From: Deltaproteobacteria bacterium
GTDB lineage: Bacteria; Myxococcota_A; Polyangia; Polyangiales; Ga0077539
Reading direction: 5' to 3'
Length of the DNA stretch: 64,000 bases
Assembly (NCBI GenBank): GCA_947477565.1
Contig: CANJUR010000006.1
Coordinates: 70,668-134,667 of the forward strand
Under the pieces are notes generated by a model, which made no database searches, had not been told where the DNA came from, and saw only the letters and a list, made by a program, of their open reading frames with translations. Positions within the stretch are counted from its first letter, which is position 1. The number at the start of each line of letters is the position of its first letter. Positions 8,245-17,848 of the stretch are shown here, one piece after another. The position numbers and the translations under genes were made by a program.

Positions 8245-10652
8245 TGGGCGGTTGCCGCGACGGGCAACGTGATCTCGAACGTCGTGCCCCGCTCAAGTTC
8301 GCTCTGAACGGTAATCTCGCCGGAGTGGCCGCGAACGATCTTCTGCGCGATGGCGAGTCCTAGCCCTGTCCCATCCGGGCGCGTCGTGAAGAAGGGCTCG
8401 AAGATTCGCTTGAGATCCTGGGGAGCGATGCCGCGGCCGCGATCGGCGACCCGGAGTAGCAGGCGCGTCGGATCGAGGTCGGCGAGAACCGTCACGGTGC
8501 TGCCGCGCGTGGAGGCGTTGGCGGCGTTGTCGATCAGGTTGATCAGGAGCTGCCGGAGACTGCGCTCGTCCGCGAGAGGCGAGGGTGCGTCGAGGGATTC
8601 CGCGAGTTGCACGTCGAGGTTTACACCGCGATCGGCCAACACCGGGGCCAACGTACGAACCACGTCATCCAGGAGCTCCCGCGGTGCGACGGGCAATCGT
8701 CGCAGCTGAAGCGGCCGCGCAAAGTCGAGGATCTCCGCGACAGAGCCATTGAGTCGCGTGATCTCCTCGCTCGCGATGTCGAGGTACTCCCGGTCGCTCT
8801 CCGAGAGGTTGGAGCGCGCCCGGAGGATCTGGACGTTCATCGCGATGGAGGTGAGCGGCGTGCGGATGTCATGCGCGATCGCTGCCGCGAACGACCCGAG
8901 GGCCGCGAGGCGTCGTGACTCCTCCAACTCGCGTCCGAGGCGTAGCTGATCGGTCACGTCCTGGGTGATCACGACTACCCCGGTGGGCAGTCCGCGACGG
9001 TCGCGGAAGGGCGCGATGGTGACGTCCTGGAAGCGCTCCCCGTTTGGGGTCGGCACCGGCATCGCTGCGTGGTGCAGTACGCGAGTGGGGTCTGCCCGGA
9101 GGGCCTCGATGGTGGCCGTAGCCTCGGGTGTCCTCGCGTGGGGCTGGACGTCGTCGAAGTAGTGTTTTCCTATCGCGTCGGAGGCGGCGATGCCCGTCGC
9201 TCGCTCGAGAACGCTGTTCCAGGTCTTGACGTGGAGGTCGGTGTCCACGACGGCGACCCCGACAGGCAGGCTGTCCACCAGGTTCTCCAGGAACACCCGA
9301 TAGTCTGCAAGTTCGCTCTTCGCCAGTGCCGCGCGCGTGTACAGCGAGAAGTTTTCGAACTTGAGCGCCACGTGCTCGGCGAGCGTCGCGCAGAGCAGCG
9401 TGCCGTCACGGGTGAGCGCATCGGCCCACACCAGCAGCACCCCGTGCAGCGCGTGGTCGCGGCGAACGGGCACCACCAGATGCACGCCCTCGCGCTGCAT
9501 CCATGCGAGTAGCAGTTCGGGCAGTTCGGGAGCGTGGTCGAGGGAGTGAAACCGTCGCGGGTGCTCCTCGATCATCGCGACCAGCGCGGCGGTCATGTCC
9601 TCGCGTTCCCCCGGTGGGGTGCGCCCGTTCCGCAGGAAGCGCACTTCCCCTTCGGTCACCTCGTGCAGCGCGCCGAGCGCCATCGCCAGCACGGCGTCTG
9701 GATCGACCATCGTCGATGTCACCGAGAGCACCCGCTCGAGGACTCCTCGGGGCGACGGTCCAGATGCGATCATCGAAACTGTTCTACCCATGAAACGGTC
9801 GAGGGCGTCGAGGGTGCCCTTGAGCAAGAACGTCGGCAGTCCTGCGACGACGACGGTCGCGAGCGCCGCGGTTGACGCCGCCGTGATGGCCGAGTGCAGC
9901 GCCGGGGCGACCACGCCCAGGTACGCCGCGAGAAGGGCGGCGGCGCCCGTCGCGATGATCGCTTCGGCGAGCAGCACGCTCACCTCGAACAGGTGGTATC
10001 GGAGAATCGCAACGCCGACGCCGCCCACCACGATCACGGCCATGGCCATGCACTGTGCGAGGTCTGTCCACGGCGGGAGTCGGGCGTTGCCGACCAGGTG
10101 CAGGGTTCCGTAAGCGAGCAGGCTCAGCACCAATGGCGTCAGGATCGCGACCTGTACGACCGAGACGGGCGCGCTCGGGCCGCGCTCGCCGGGGTTGGTC
10201 GCCAGTCGCCAATTGCGGGTGACGTACACCACCGTGAGGGTGAAATACGGGAGCATGTAAAGCAGGGTCCAGGCGGGCTCGCGGGCGCTGGCCAGGCTCA
10301 TGCGAACCGTCGATGCGATGAACAGCGCGGTGACGATGAGCAGGGGCAGGCGGAGCGCGATGGGCGCGGGTCGGTTGCGGGGAAAGCTATACGCGAAGAG
10401 CGTGAGAAAATAGGCTGAACCGTAGATCGCTAGCGCGCTCGGGATCACCACGAACGGGTGCCCCGCGGGGATGCCGCCGAGGTGTGCCAGTGTCAGTCCG
10501 AGCACCCCGGCAGCGAAGGACCAGCCGACCTGTTGAAAGTACCCGGTGTCCACACGGCCGCCGGCGTCGCGCCGGATCCGTCGCAGCAGTATTGCGATGA
10601 TGGCGACGGAGAAGATCGCGGCAGGGGTGAGCCATCGGGCCATCGGACTCAC
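8241..10652 (-). CDS. Membrane sensor histidine kinase (multi-TM N-terminal domain, PAS, HisKA, HATPase_c)
   Basis: Several hydrophobic helices in the first ~270 aa. PAS-like LPVGVAVVD...WN. H-box FAAAIAHDIRTPLTSI. N/G boxes LINLIDNA, DRGRGI, GTGLGLAIA. GTG start overlaps the upstream regulator stop (GTGA). Confidence 0.88.
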   Translation of the reverse strand: MSPMARWLTPAAIFSVAIIAILLRRIRRDAGGRVDTGYFQQVGWSFAAGVLGLTLAHLGGIPAGHPFVVIPSALAIYGSAYFLTLFAYSFPRNRPAPIALRLPLLIVTALFIASTVRMSLASAREPAWTLLYMLPYFTLTVVYVTRNWRLATNPGERGPSAPVSVVQVAILTPLVLSLLAYGTLHLVGNARLPPWTDLAQCMAMAVIVVGGVGVAILRYHLFEVSVLLAEAIIATGAAALLAAYLGVVAPALHSAITAASTAALATVVVAGLPTFLLKGTLDALDRFMGRTVSMIASGPSPRGVLERVLSVTSTMVDPDAVLAMALGALHEVTEGEVRFLRNGRTPPGEREDMTAALVAMIEEHPRRFHSLDHAPELPELLLAWMQREGVHLVVPVRRDHALHGVLLVWADALTRDGTLLCATLAEHVALKFENFSLYTRAALAKSELADYRVFLENLVDSLPVGVAVVDTDLHVKTWNSVLERATGIAASDAIGKHYFDDVQPHARTPEATATIEALRADPTRVLHHAAMPVPTPNGERFQDVTIAPFRDRRGLPTGVVVITQDVTDQLRLGRELEESRRLAALGSFAAAIAHDIRTPLTSIAMNVQILRARSNLSESDREYLDIASEEITRLNGSVAEILDFARPLQLRRLPVAPRELLDDVVRTLAPVLADRGVNLDVQLAESLDAPSPLADERSLRQLLINLIDNAANASTRGSTVTVLADLDPTRLLLRVADRGRGIAPQDLKRIFEPFFTTRPDGTGLGLAIAQKIVRGHSGEITVQSELERGTTFEITLPVAATAH

Positions 10653-12124
10653 GCTCCGGTGCTGCCGAGTCGCGTCGGACCGAGCGAGGGACGCTCGAGT
10701 CCATACTCCTTGATTTTGCGGTCAAGGGTGGGTCTCGTGATGCCCAGGACGGTGCAACTCCGACGCTTGTTCCACCCGCTCGCGGCGAGCACGGCGGCAA
10801 TGTGCCGATGCTCGACCTCCCGCAGTGTCATGAAGCTCGCGATGTCCACTGCTGCGTTGGAGAGACCTTCCGGGCCTTCGGGTGCATCTATCGCCGTGCC
10901 GGCGTGCTCTTCCTCGGTTCCATCGTCCGTCGCTTCGTCGAGGTGGATGGGCAGGGCGGGTACGTCCAGCACTTCGCCCTCGGTCACGACCACTGCACGG
11001 GTGAGGGCGTTTTCAAGCTCACGCACGTTGCCCGGCCAGGGGTAGCGCACGAGCAGGTCGAGAGCCTCGCGGGAGACGTACCGGATCTTCTTGTGCAACT
11101 CGCGGGTGACTTTCGCGAGGAGGTGATCGATGAGCGCGGGGATGTCTTCTTTGCGCTCGCGCAGCGGCGGGAGGTTCAGTTCGACGACGCGAAGGCGGTA
11201 GTAGAAATCCTCACGAAACAGGCCATCTCGCACCATCTGTGGCAGGTCACGGTGGGTGGCCGTGATGATGCGCGCCCGCAGCGGGATGGGCCGCGCGTCG
11301 CCTACGCGCTCGAAGGTGCGCTCTTGCACTACGCGGAGAAGCTTCACCTGTAAGTCGAGCGGTAGCTCGCCGATCTCGTCGAGGAAGAGGGTTCCTGCGC
11401 CGGCGATTTGAAAGCGACCCAGCTTGTCGTGGGTGGCGCCGGTGAACGCGCCGCGGACGTGGCCGAAGAGTTCGCTCTCGAGCAACTCCCGCGCGAACGC
11501 AGTGCAGTTGACGGCGACGAAGGGCTGATCGCGGCTCTCGCCGGAGAAGTGGATCGCTCGGGCGACAAGCTCCTTGCCCGTGCCGCTCTCGCCGGTGATA
11601 AGCACCGTGGCTCGGGAGGTCGAAACCCGGCCGATGGTCTTGAATACCTCGCGCATCCCCGCGGAACGACCCACGATATTGTCGATCTGGAAATCCGCGG
11701 CCAGGGTCTCAACGAGTCCATCGAGGCGGCGTGAGAGGTCCCTGGATTCCACCGCGCGCAGCACGGCGATCTTGAGTCGCTCGATGTCCACAGGCTTGAC
11801 GAGATAGTCCCAGGCACCGCGTTGCATCGCGGTAATGGTGCTGCGCATGTCGTCCCTGGCGGTGACCACGAGTACCGGCGGCATCCCCTCGCGGCCGCGC
11901 AGACGTTCGAGAAACTCCAGGCCATCGATGCCTGGGAGGCCGAGGTCGAGCAGCACCACGTCGGGACTCACCGAGTCCAGTGCCGCGAGGCCCTCCTGGC
12001 CGTCGGCGGCAGTCGTGACCGCGTACCCGAGATCCCCGAGGAACTTCTCCAGCGATCGACGGATGGAGCGATCGTCGTCGATGACGAGGACGCGGGATTT
12101 TGGTGCGGGTGCTTCGATCACCAT
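10649..12124 (-). CDS. Sigma-54-dependent response regulator (NtrC family: REC, AAA+, Fis-type HTH)
   Basis: RVLVIDDD...DVVLLDLGLPGIDG (REC), GESGTGKE (Walker A), GAFTGA (sigma-54 contact loop), LFLDEIGE, C-terminal HTH RRSCTVLGITRPTLDRKIKEYG. ATG at 12124 preferred; GTG at 12172 is an alternative start. Confidence 0.9.
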   Translation of the reverse strand: MVIEAPAPKSRVLVIDDDRSIRRSLEKFLGDLGYAVTTAADGQEGLAALDSVSPDVVLLDLGLPGIDGLEFLERLRGREGMPPVLVVTARDDMRSTITAMQRGAWDYLVKPVDIERLKIAVLRAVESRDLSRRLDGLVETLAADFQIDNIVGRSAGMREVFKTIGRVSTSRATVLITGESGTGKELVARAIHFSGESRDQPFVAVNCTAFARELLESELFGHVRGAFTGATHDKLGRFQIAGAGTLFLDEIGELPLDLQVKLLRVVQERTFERVGDARPIPLRARIITATHRDLPQMVRDGLFREDFYYRLRVVELNLPPLRERKEDIPALIDHLLAKVTRELHKKIRYVSREALDLLVRYPWPGNVRELENALTRAVVVTEGEVLDVPALPIHLDEATDDGTEEEHAGTAIDAPEGPEGLSNAAVDIASFMTLREVEHRHIAAVLAASGWNKRRSCTVLGITRPTLDRKIKEYGLERPSLGPTRLGSTGA

Positions 12125-12252
12125 GAATGGCTCATCGAGGCGGATGATGGAGTGGCGTGGCGCTGACGTCACGGCAGGGCCGATGGGATGCTCCTTGTGC
12201 GCTCTGGCGTCGCAACGATAGTGTCGAAGGCGAAGATGCGAAGGGTGACGCG

Positions 12253-12657
12253 ATGACCGACGCTGTAGCCGCAGAGAAGATCGAGGCCCACCTCAAGACG
12301 CTTGGATGGCCTGTGATCGCGCTCTCCGAGCGAACCTGGCGTTCGAGCTTTCGGGCGCGCCGCGGATCGTTTCCTCTGGTGATTCAAGCCGAGGGTGCCT
12401 TCTGTCGGCTGATGGTGTTGCCGATCGTGCGACTACCCGCGGACCCTGACAAAGCCGAGAAACTCTACGCCCGGCTGCTCCGCCTCAACGGCGAGATGTT
12501 GCTTGCGCGGTTCTCCCTCGACGATGACGGCGACGTGGTGCTCTCGGTGGAGTTTCCGGTCGAACACATGGATGCGAGCGAGATGCGCGACGCCCTCGAT
12601 GTGCTGTCGGTCTACGCCGAAAAGTACCGAGCCGACCTGCGCCTGCTCGTCGCCTGA
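12253..12657 (+). CDS. YbjN-like / type III secretion chaperone-like small protein
   Basis: 134 aa. Pattern FRARRGSFPLVIQAEGAFCRLMV...LLRLNGEMLLARFSLDDDGDVVLSVEFPVEHMDASE resembles YbjN-family (sensory-transduction-regulator) proteins. Call is from memory of the family only. Confidence 0.55.
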   Translation: MTDAVAAEKIEAHLKTLGWPVIALSERTWRSSFRARRGSFPLVIQAEGAFCRLMVLPIVRLPADPDKAEKLYARLLRLNGEMLLARFSLDDDGDVVLSVEFPVEHMDASEMRDALDVLSVYAEKYRADLRLLVA

Positions 12658-12661
12658 GCGA

Positions 12662-13693
12662 TTACTCGAAGCAGTAAACTTCGGCCGCACCATGGATGCC
12701 CACGAGGGCATCGACATACTCCAGAAAGGTCGCGCGGCGCCGCATCATCGCGCGGAGTTGCACCTCGCTGAGCAGCGCCTCGTGGCCGTCGGCATCGTTG
12801 GCGATCGTCCGGCGAAGGGACGCGAGGGTCATCGCCCGCACGTGGTCAACAAACCTTCGCGAGAAGCGCTGCACTCGCTGAAGAAACGAGAAGATGATCT
12901 CCATCTTCCAGTGAGGCATAGGCTCGAGGAAGCCGCCGTTGTTGTCGCGGTATACGAGGCCGCCGTGAGCATCGACGAGGGTGTTGGTGCCGTGCCAGCG
13001 GTCCCAATTTCCGATGATGAAATCGTAAGAGATCAACGTGGAGATCTCCTCCGCGCGGCGGAGGGAAGTTGCGGGAATTTCGACCCCGACGACCAGTTGG
13101 TTGGTCCACTGGGTGAGCGCCTCGCCGGAGAAGATGCCGGCGCGGTGGAGCACCGGGACCCAGTAGATCATCGCGCCGCGGGCCCACCCGTCGCGGAACA
13201 GGAGTCGAGAGGCATCGATGCCAACAAGTTCTCCGCGCGCGACGCGACGGAAGACGGCCGGGGGAACGCGATCGAGACCCAGCATCTGCGCAACACGGAA
13301 GGCGCCGATTTCTGCCCGCCAGTGGTCCACGTGGCGGGTCTCTGCGGGCTTGAAGGCTCCATCGATCGCGCCGTCGAGGTCGCATCGGAGGTTGATCGAG
13401 GTGTTGCCGACTTCACGCGCAGACTGAATCGGGGACTCCTGCAGCGCCCGCACGATATCGTCCTCCACGACGTCACCGTAACGTCGGGCCTCGACATCGT
13501 AGGGATTGGGGGGCAGCACCACCGGCTCCCCTGCGCGGACGCCGACGCCCGATGGGGCCGCGACCTCACCGAAAGGATTCGGTGGCAGGGAGTCGGTGGA
13601 CAGAGCGGGTGGGGTCTGCGCTCGCGACCGTGCCGAGCGCATTGCGATAGCGCTGAGGCCGAAGACGATCATTTGGCGGCGGGAGACGGTCAT
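12662..13693 (-). CDS. Secreted Fam20C-like (Golgi casein kinase-like) protein kinase-fold protein
   Basis: N-terminus MTVSRRQMIVFGLSAIAMRSARSRAQ (signal-like, contains an RR pair). GAFKPAE...HWRAEIGAFRVAQMLGLDRVPPAVFRRV, DFIIGNWDRWHGTN and YRDNNGGF align by eye with Fam20C motifs FKP / [20 protein letters not shown] / DFLMGNMDRHH / LDNGRGF. Confidence 0.65.
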   Translation of the reverse strand: MTVSRRQMIVFGLSAIAMRSARSRAQTPPALSTDSLPPNPFGEVAAPSGVGVRAGEPVVLPPNPYDVEARRYGDVVEDDIVRALQESPIQSAREVGNTSINLRCDLDGAIDGAFKPAETRHVDHWRAEIGAFRVAQMLGLDRVPPAVFRRVARGELVGIDASRLLFRDGWARGAMIYWVPVLHRAGIFSGEALTQWTNQLVVGVEIPATSLRRAEEISTLISYDFIIGNWDRWHGTNTLVDAHGGLVYRDNNGGFLEPMPHWKMEIIFSFLQRVQRFSRRFVDHVRAMTLASLRRTIANDADGHEALLSEVQLRAMMRRRATFLEYVDALVGIHGAAEVYCFE

Positions 13694-13763
13694 CGCGGTG
13701 ATCTAGCGCGAGTGTACCTGCGTGATGCGCTCGCGGCGAGGAAGCATCGCGTGGGCGGACGGC

Positions 13764-14213
13764 TTACCCGATCGGTAAAGACAGGTGCGGGGTGAGAAGC
13801 GCGCGAAGGTCTTCCGGGATATCGACGGAGACGAGGTCGTCGAGGCGACAAAGGACCACCACCTGACGGACGGCCGCGCAACGCACGCCATCGGCGGCGC
13901 GGGTGAGGGAGTGGACAAAGGTGATCGAGCGCTGACCCAGACGCTCGACGCTTACGTCCATGAAGGCCGTGTCGCCGTAGCGGAGCGGCGCGAGGTAGTC
14001 CACTTCGACTCGCACCGAAGGGATGCCTAGCCCGCGAACCATCGTGAGGTGCGGATATCCGCCAGGAAGCAGGCCGAAAAAGGCCTCAAGCGCGTCGTGA
14101 CAGAAATCGAGGTAGCGAGCGAAATAGACGATGCGCGCGGCATCGACCTCGGCGAAGCGTACGGGGCGAACGTGGCGAAACATGCGGAAGAGGCTAAACG
14201 CTCCGAGGGTCAA
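13764..14213 (-). CDS. Hotdog-fold acyl-CoA thioesterase (4HBT/YbgC-like)
   Basis: FRHVRPVRFAEVDAARIVYFARYLDFCHDALEAFF and VEVDYLAPLRYGD are typical of 4HBT-family thioesterases. Alternative ATG at 14183. Confidence 0.75.
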   Translation of the reverse strand: MTLGAFSLFRMFRHVRPVRFAEVDAARIVYFARYLDFCHDALEAFFGLLPGGYPHLTMVRGLGIPSVRVEVDYLAPLRYGDTAFMDVSVERLGQRSITFVHSLTRAADGVRCAAVRQVVVLCRLDDLVSVDIPEDLRALLTPHLSLPIG

Positions 14214-14276
14214 GGGTTGGGGAATACCGATGAATCTCAGGAAGTTCGACGCCCGCCGGGAGACTGCTCTCCCTCG

Positions 14277-14304
14277 TTGACTTGCGAGACTCGCTGACTA
14301 GGAT
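14277..14304 (+). promoter_or_regulatory. Candidate sigma-70-type promoter for the ABC-2 operon
   Basis: TTGACT, 16 nt spacer, TAGGAT. Lies 55 nt upstream of ATG 14359 in a divergent intergenic region. Motif match only. Confidence 0.25.
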
Positions 14305-14358
14305 GCGCGCCCGCCGGGGCGACGGCGAAATGTTGGCTTCACCGAAGGCATAGATCGT

Positions 14359-15402
14359 ATGGCGACCAGTGACGTGATGATCGAGACCCGGGAGCTGTCG
14401 AAGGTCTACGGCGCGCAGCGCGCGGTCGACCGACTCAGCTTCGAGATCCGCCGGGGCGAGGTGGTCGGATTCCTCGGACCCAATGGGGCGGGGAAGTCCA
14501 CGACGATGAAGATCCTGACCTGCTTCCTCTCGCCGTCCGAGGGGACGGCAAAGGTGGGCGGGTTCGACGTGTTCGATGACCCGCTCTCGGTGCGCTCGGT
14601 GCTCGGGTACCTCCCGCAGCGCGCGTCGCTCTATCCGGAGATGGGGGTCGTAGAATATTTGGAGTTCGCAGCGGACCTGAGGGCCATCCCGAAGGACAAG
14701 CGTCGCGCGAAAATCAAAGAGGTGGTCGAGATCTGCGGGCTGAAAGAAGTGCTCGCAAAGACCATCAACGAGCTTTCGTACGGCTACCGGCAGCGCGTCG
14801 GTCTGGCACAGGCGCTGATTCACGACCCGCCCATCTTGATCCTCGATGAGCCCACCGCCGACCTCGATCCCAACGAGAGCGCGGAGGTCATCTCGTACAT
14901 CAAGGAGATCGGCAAAACCCGTACGATCATGCTGTCTACGCATGACCTCGTCGAGGTGAAGGAAGCCTGCGCGCGCGTGCTCATCGTCAACCGCGGAAAG
15001 ATCGTGGCGGACGGTGCGCCGGACGACCTCGCCGCAAAGAGCGGGAGCGTGAAGTACGTGCTCTCGATCGATGGTGGCAAGGACGACTCGGTGCGCAAGT
15101 CCGGGCCGGTGATCGCGGCGGTCAAGCGGGTGGTGGCGGACAGTGTTGTGCGCGAGATGCCCGGCGACGACCACGCGACGCTGCTCGAGGTGAGCGTGAA
15201 GGGATCTGGCGATCACCGTCGCGAGTTCTTCCGTATGGCGGTGGAAAACAAGTGGGACCTCCTCGAACTGCGCCGCGAGGCGGTTCAGCTCGAAGAGGTG
15301 TTCCGACAGTTGACGGTGGGAGACGGAGCTCCGCGGCGAAACGCGGGCTCGAAGGCTTCGGATACGAACCCCGCGGTGAAGGAGTCATCCAGCGATGTCT
15401 GA
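14359..15402 (+). CDS. ABC-2-type transporter ATP-binding protein (GldA/NatA-like)
   Basis: GFLGPNGAGKSTT (Walker A), LSYGYRQRVGLAQAL (signature), ILILDEPTADLD (Walker B), STH (H-loop). Confidence 0.9.
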   Translation: MATSDVMIETRELSKVYGAQRAVDRLSFEIRRGEVVGFLGPNGAGKSTTMKILTCFLSPSEGTAKVGGFDVFDDPLSVRSVLGYLPQRASLYPEMGVVEYLEFAADLRAIPKDKRRAKIKEVVEICGLKEVLAKTINELSYGYRQRVGLAQALIHDPPILILDEPTADLDPNESAEVISYIKEIGKTRTIMLSTHDLVEVKEACARVLIVNRGKIVADGAPDDLAAKSGSVKYVLSIDGGKDDSVRKSGPVIAAVKRVVADSVVREMPGDDHATLLEVSVKGSGDHRREFFRMAVENKWDLLELRREAVQLEEVFRQLTVGDGAPRRNAGSKASDTNPAVKESSSDV

Positions 15403-16177
15403 TACGGAAACGACGGCGACGAAGTCCGCGGGGGCACTGGCCCGGGGCTCCATCGGAACGCCGCTCAACAACACCCTGGCGATCGCGCGGCGGGAGTTCG
15501 TCTCGTACTTCTCCTCCCCCCTCGGCTACATCGTGATCGGGATGTTCCTGCTCCTGGTGGGCTTCCTGTTCTTCATTCCCTTTGCATTTCTCACGCTTGG
15601 GAAGGCCACGCTGCAGCCGATGTTCAACAGCATCTCCTGGCTGCTACCGCTCATCTGTCCGGCCATCGCGATGCGCACCTTCGCCGAGGAGTCCCGCACG
15701 GGCACTCTCGAGATGCTCATCACGCAGCCAGTGCGTGATTGGGAGGTCATCCTCGGGAAGTTCTTCGGCGCGCTCGGGCTGCTTGCGGTCTGCATCATTG
15801 CGACTTTCAGCTACCCCGTCGTCATCTCTCGCATGGGCGAGCTCGACTGGGGACCCGTCGCCGGTGGCTACCTCGGCCTGCTCCTCGGCGGAGCGGCGTA
15901 CATCTCCTTCGGAGTAATGGTCAGTTCCTTCACGAAGGATCAGATCACTGCGTTCTTCGTGAGCTTCATCGTCGGCGCGGTGTTTTTCCTCATGAACAAG
16001 GCGCTGATCTTCTTCGGTGGCGCGGCTTCGGTGATCGAATACCTCTGCCCCGACTATCACTTCGCGAGCATCGCTCGTGGGGTCATCGATGCCCGTAACC
16101 TCATCTATTTCTGCAGCGTGATCTTCATCTGCCTGCTGGCGACCGCGCGCTCCCTCGAGAGCCGACGGTGGAGCTGA
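15395..16177 (+). CDS. ABC-2-type transporter permease (GldF-like)
   Basis: About 6 hydrophobic segments. 8-nt overlap with the ATPase gene. Conserved-looking FAEESRTGTLEMLITQPV. Confidence 0.8.
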   Translation: MSDTETTATKSAGALARGSIGTPLNNTLAIARREFVSYFSSPLGYIVIGMFLLLVGFLFFIPFAFLTLGKATLQPMFNSISWLLPLICPAIAMRTFAEESRTGTLEMLITQPVRDWEVILGKFFGALGLLAVCIIATFSYPVVISRMGELDWGPVAGGYLGLLLGGAAYISFGVMVSSFTKDQITAFFVSFIVGAVFFLMNKALIFFGGAASVIEYLCPDYHFASIARGVIDARNLIYFCSVIFICLLATARSLESRRWS

Positions 16178-17820
16178 CCATGGAACGTCGTAGTCAAGCC
16201 CGCGCCGAAACCGGTGCCTTCGTCGCCATCGCCCTCGTGGCGGTGGTGCTTCTCAACGTGCTCGCGGTGAAGGTTCTGCACGCCCGCCTCGACCTCACGA
16301 AGCGGGGGCTGTACTCGCTCTCGCAGGGCACGCGCCGGACGCTCGGCCGCCTCACCGACAACCTCACCGTCACCATCTATTGGACCCCGGATCAGCCGGC
16401 GCCCGCCAACGACGACGAGCGACTGCTGCATGAGCAACTCGACGAGTACGTCGCCGCGAGCCACGGTCGGCTTGATGTCCGTTGGGTTCGCACAGACAAC
16501 GACGAGCGCAAGCACCAGGCCGAGGGTGCGAGCTGCACCAAGCGCGTACTGCAGACGGTGAACACGGCGTCCGACCAGGCGAACCTCGCCGAGGTCTTTC
16601 GCTGCATCACCTTCTCGTACCTGCGCTCGACAGAGCAGATCGCCTTCGTCAACCCCGGCGTCGAGGGCATGGAGTACCAGATCACCTCCATCGTGAAGAA
16701 AATGATCGACCCGGAGCGGGCGATCGGCTTCCTCACAGGCCACGAGGAGGGCTCGCCGGAGACAGCGCTGCCGTACCTCTCTCGCATCCTCCAGGAAGCG
16801 CACCTCGGATACACCACGCGCTCGGTCGATCTGCATGGTGGCGAAGAAGAGATTCCCACGGACATCAAGGGACTCGTGATCATGGGTCCGTCGCGCCGCA
16901 TCGAGGAGCGCGAACTCCGTCGTATCAACTCGTATCTGATGCGCGGCGGCTCCGTCGCCGTCTTCGCAGGAGGTACGAACATCACCGGTGCCGACACCCG
17001 CCCGACCGCCGCGCGCGCGGAGCACAACCTCAACGGACTCCTCGAGGGCTACGGCGTCACGGTCAACCCCGACGTGGTGCTCGACTTTCAGGCGAGCGAC
17101 TCGATCCAGGAGATCGAGCAAGGCCGAGCGCGCATTCCGATGTTCACCTACCCCGCCCTCGCGGCGCGGCGTGATCCGGGCGGCCCGGGCATCGACACTT
17201 CGCACCCCGCGGTCTTCCGCCTGCCGGGTGTGATTCTGCCGTTTGTCTCTTCCATCACGGTCAACAATGGCCGCGCGAGAGAGAACGGCACTGTGTTCAC
17301 CGAGGTCGGTCGCACCAGCGAGCGCTCGGTGCTGCAGCGGGAGAACTTCGAACTCGACGCGCTAGAGCTTTTGCAACGTCGGCAGCAAATCTTCGGAAAC
17401 GCGCGCGCTTCTTACGTGGTGGGCGTCGCGCTCGAAGGCCAGCTGCGGAGCGCCTTCGCGGCAAACGATACCGATCATCCGGCGACGCACGCTGCGCGCG
17501 AGCATCCGGCGCGGCTGCTCGTGGTGGGTTCGGGCAAGGTGTTTCACATCGACCAGCTGCGATCGATCGCGCCGCTGCAGAACGGAATGCCCACCAACGT
17601 GCAGATGTTGCTCAACGTCTTCGATTGGCTGAGCCAGGATCCGGACCTCCTCGCGGTGCGCGCGAAGGACGTCTCCGAGCCGAGCCTTCAGGCGGTGACC
17701 GACACCCGCAAGCAGCTCTTCAAGTGGGGCAGCATCATCGGCCTGCCGCTCCTCGTGGGCTTGCTGGGCGTCGTGCTGATGAATCTGCGCGCCCGCAAGC
17801 GCGCCGAGATCACCCTCTAG
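16168..17820 (+). CDS. GldG-like ABC transporter auxiliary component
   Basis: N-terminal TM, then RLDLTKRGLYSLSQGTRRTLGRLTDNLTVTIYW (GldG-family N-terminal pattern) and a C-terminal TM IIGLPLLVGLLGVVLM. Start is GTG 16168 or ATG 16180. Confidence 0.75.
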   Translation: MELTMERRSQARAETGAFVAIALVAVVLLNVLAVKVLHARLDLTKRGLYSLSQGTRRTLGRLTDNLTVTIYWTPDQPAPANDDERLLHEQLDEYVAASHGRLDVRWVRTDNDERKHQAEGASCTKRVLQTVNTASDQANLAEVFRCITFSYLRSTEQIAFVNPGVEGMEYQITSIVKKMIDPERAIGFLTGHEEGSPETALPYLSRILQEAHLGYTTRSVDLHGGEEEIPTDIKGLVIMGPSRRIEERELRRINSYLMRGGSVAVFAGGTNITGADTRPTAARAEHNLNGLLEGYGVTVNPDVVLDFQASDSIQEIEQGRARIPMFTYPALAARRDPGGPGIDTSHPAVFRLPGVILPFVSSITVNNGRARENGTVFTEVGRTSERSVLQRENFELDALELLQRRQQIFGNARASYVVGVALEGQLRSAFAANDTDHPATHAAREHPARLLVVGSGKVFHIDQLRSIAPLQNGMPTNVQMLLNVFDWLSQDPDLLAVRAKDVSEPSLQAVTDTRKQLFKWGSIIGLPLLVGLLGVVLMNLRARKRAEITL

Positions 17821-17848
17821 AACCCTTACGGCAGGAACGAAATAGCCA

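Noticed and set aside
14194-17205. Minus-strand ORFs 14194..15216 and 16105..17205
   Set aside because: They are antisense to the ABC ATPase and the GldG-like gene. They are shadow ORFs.
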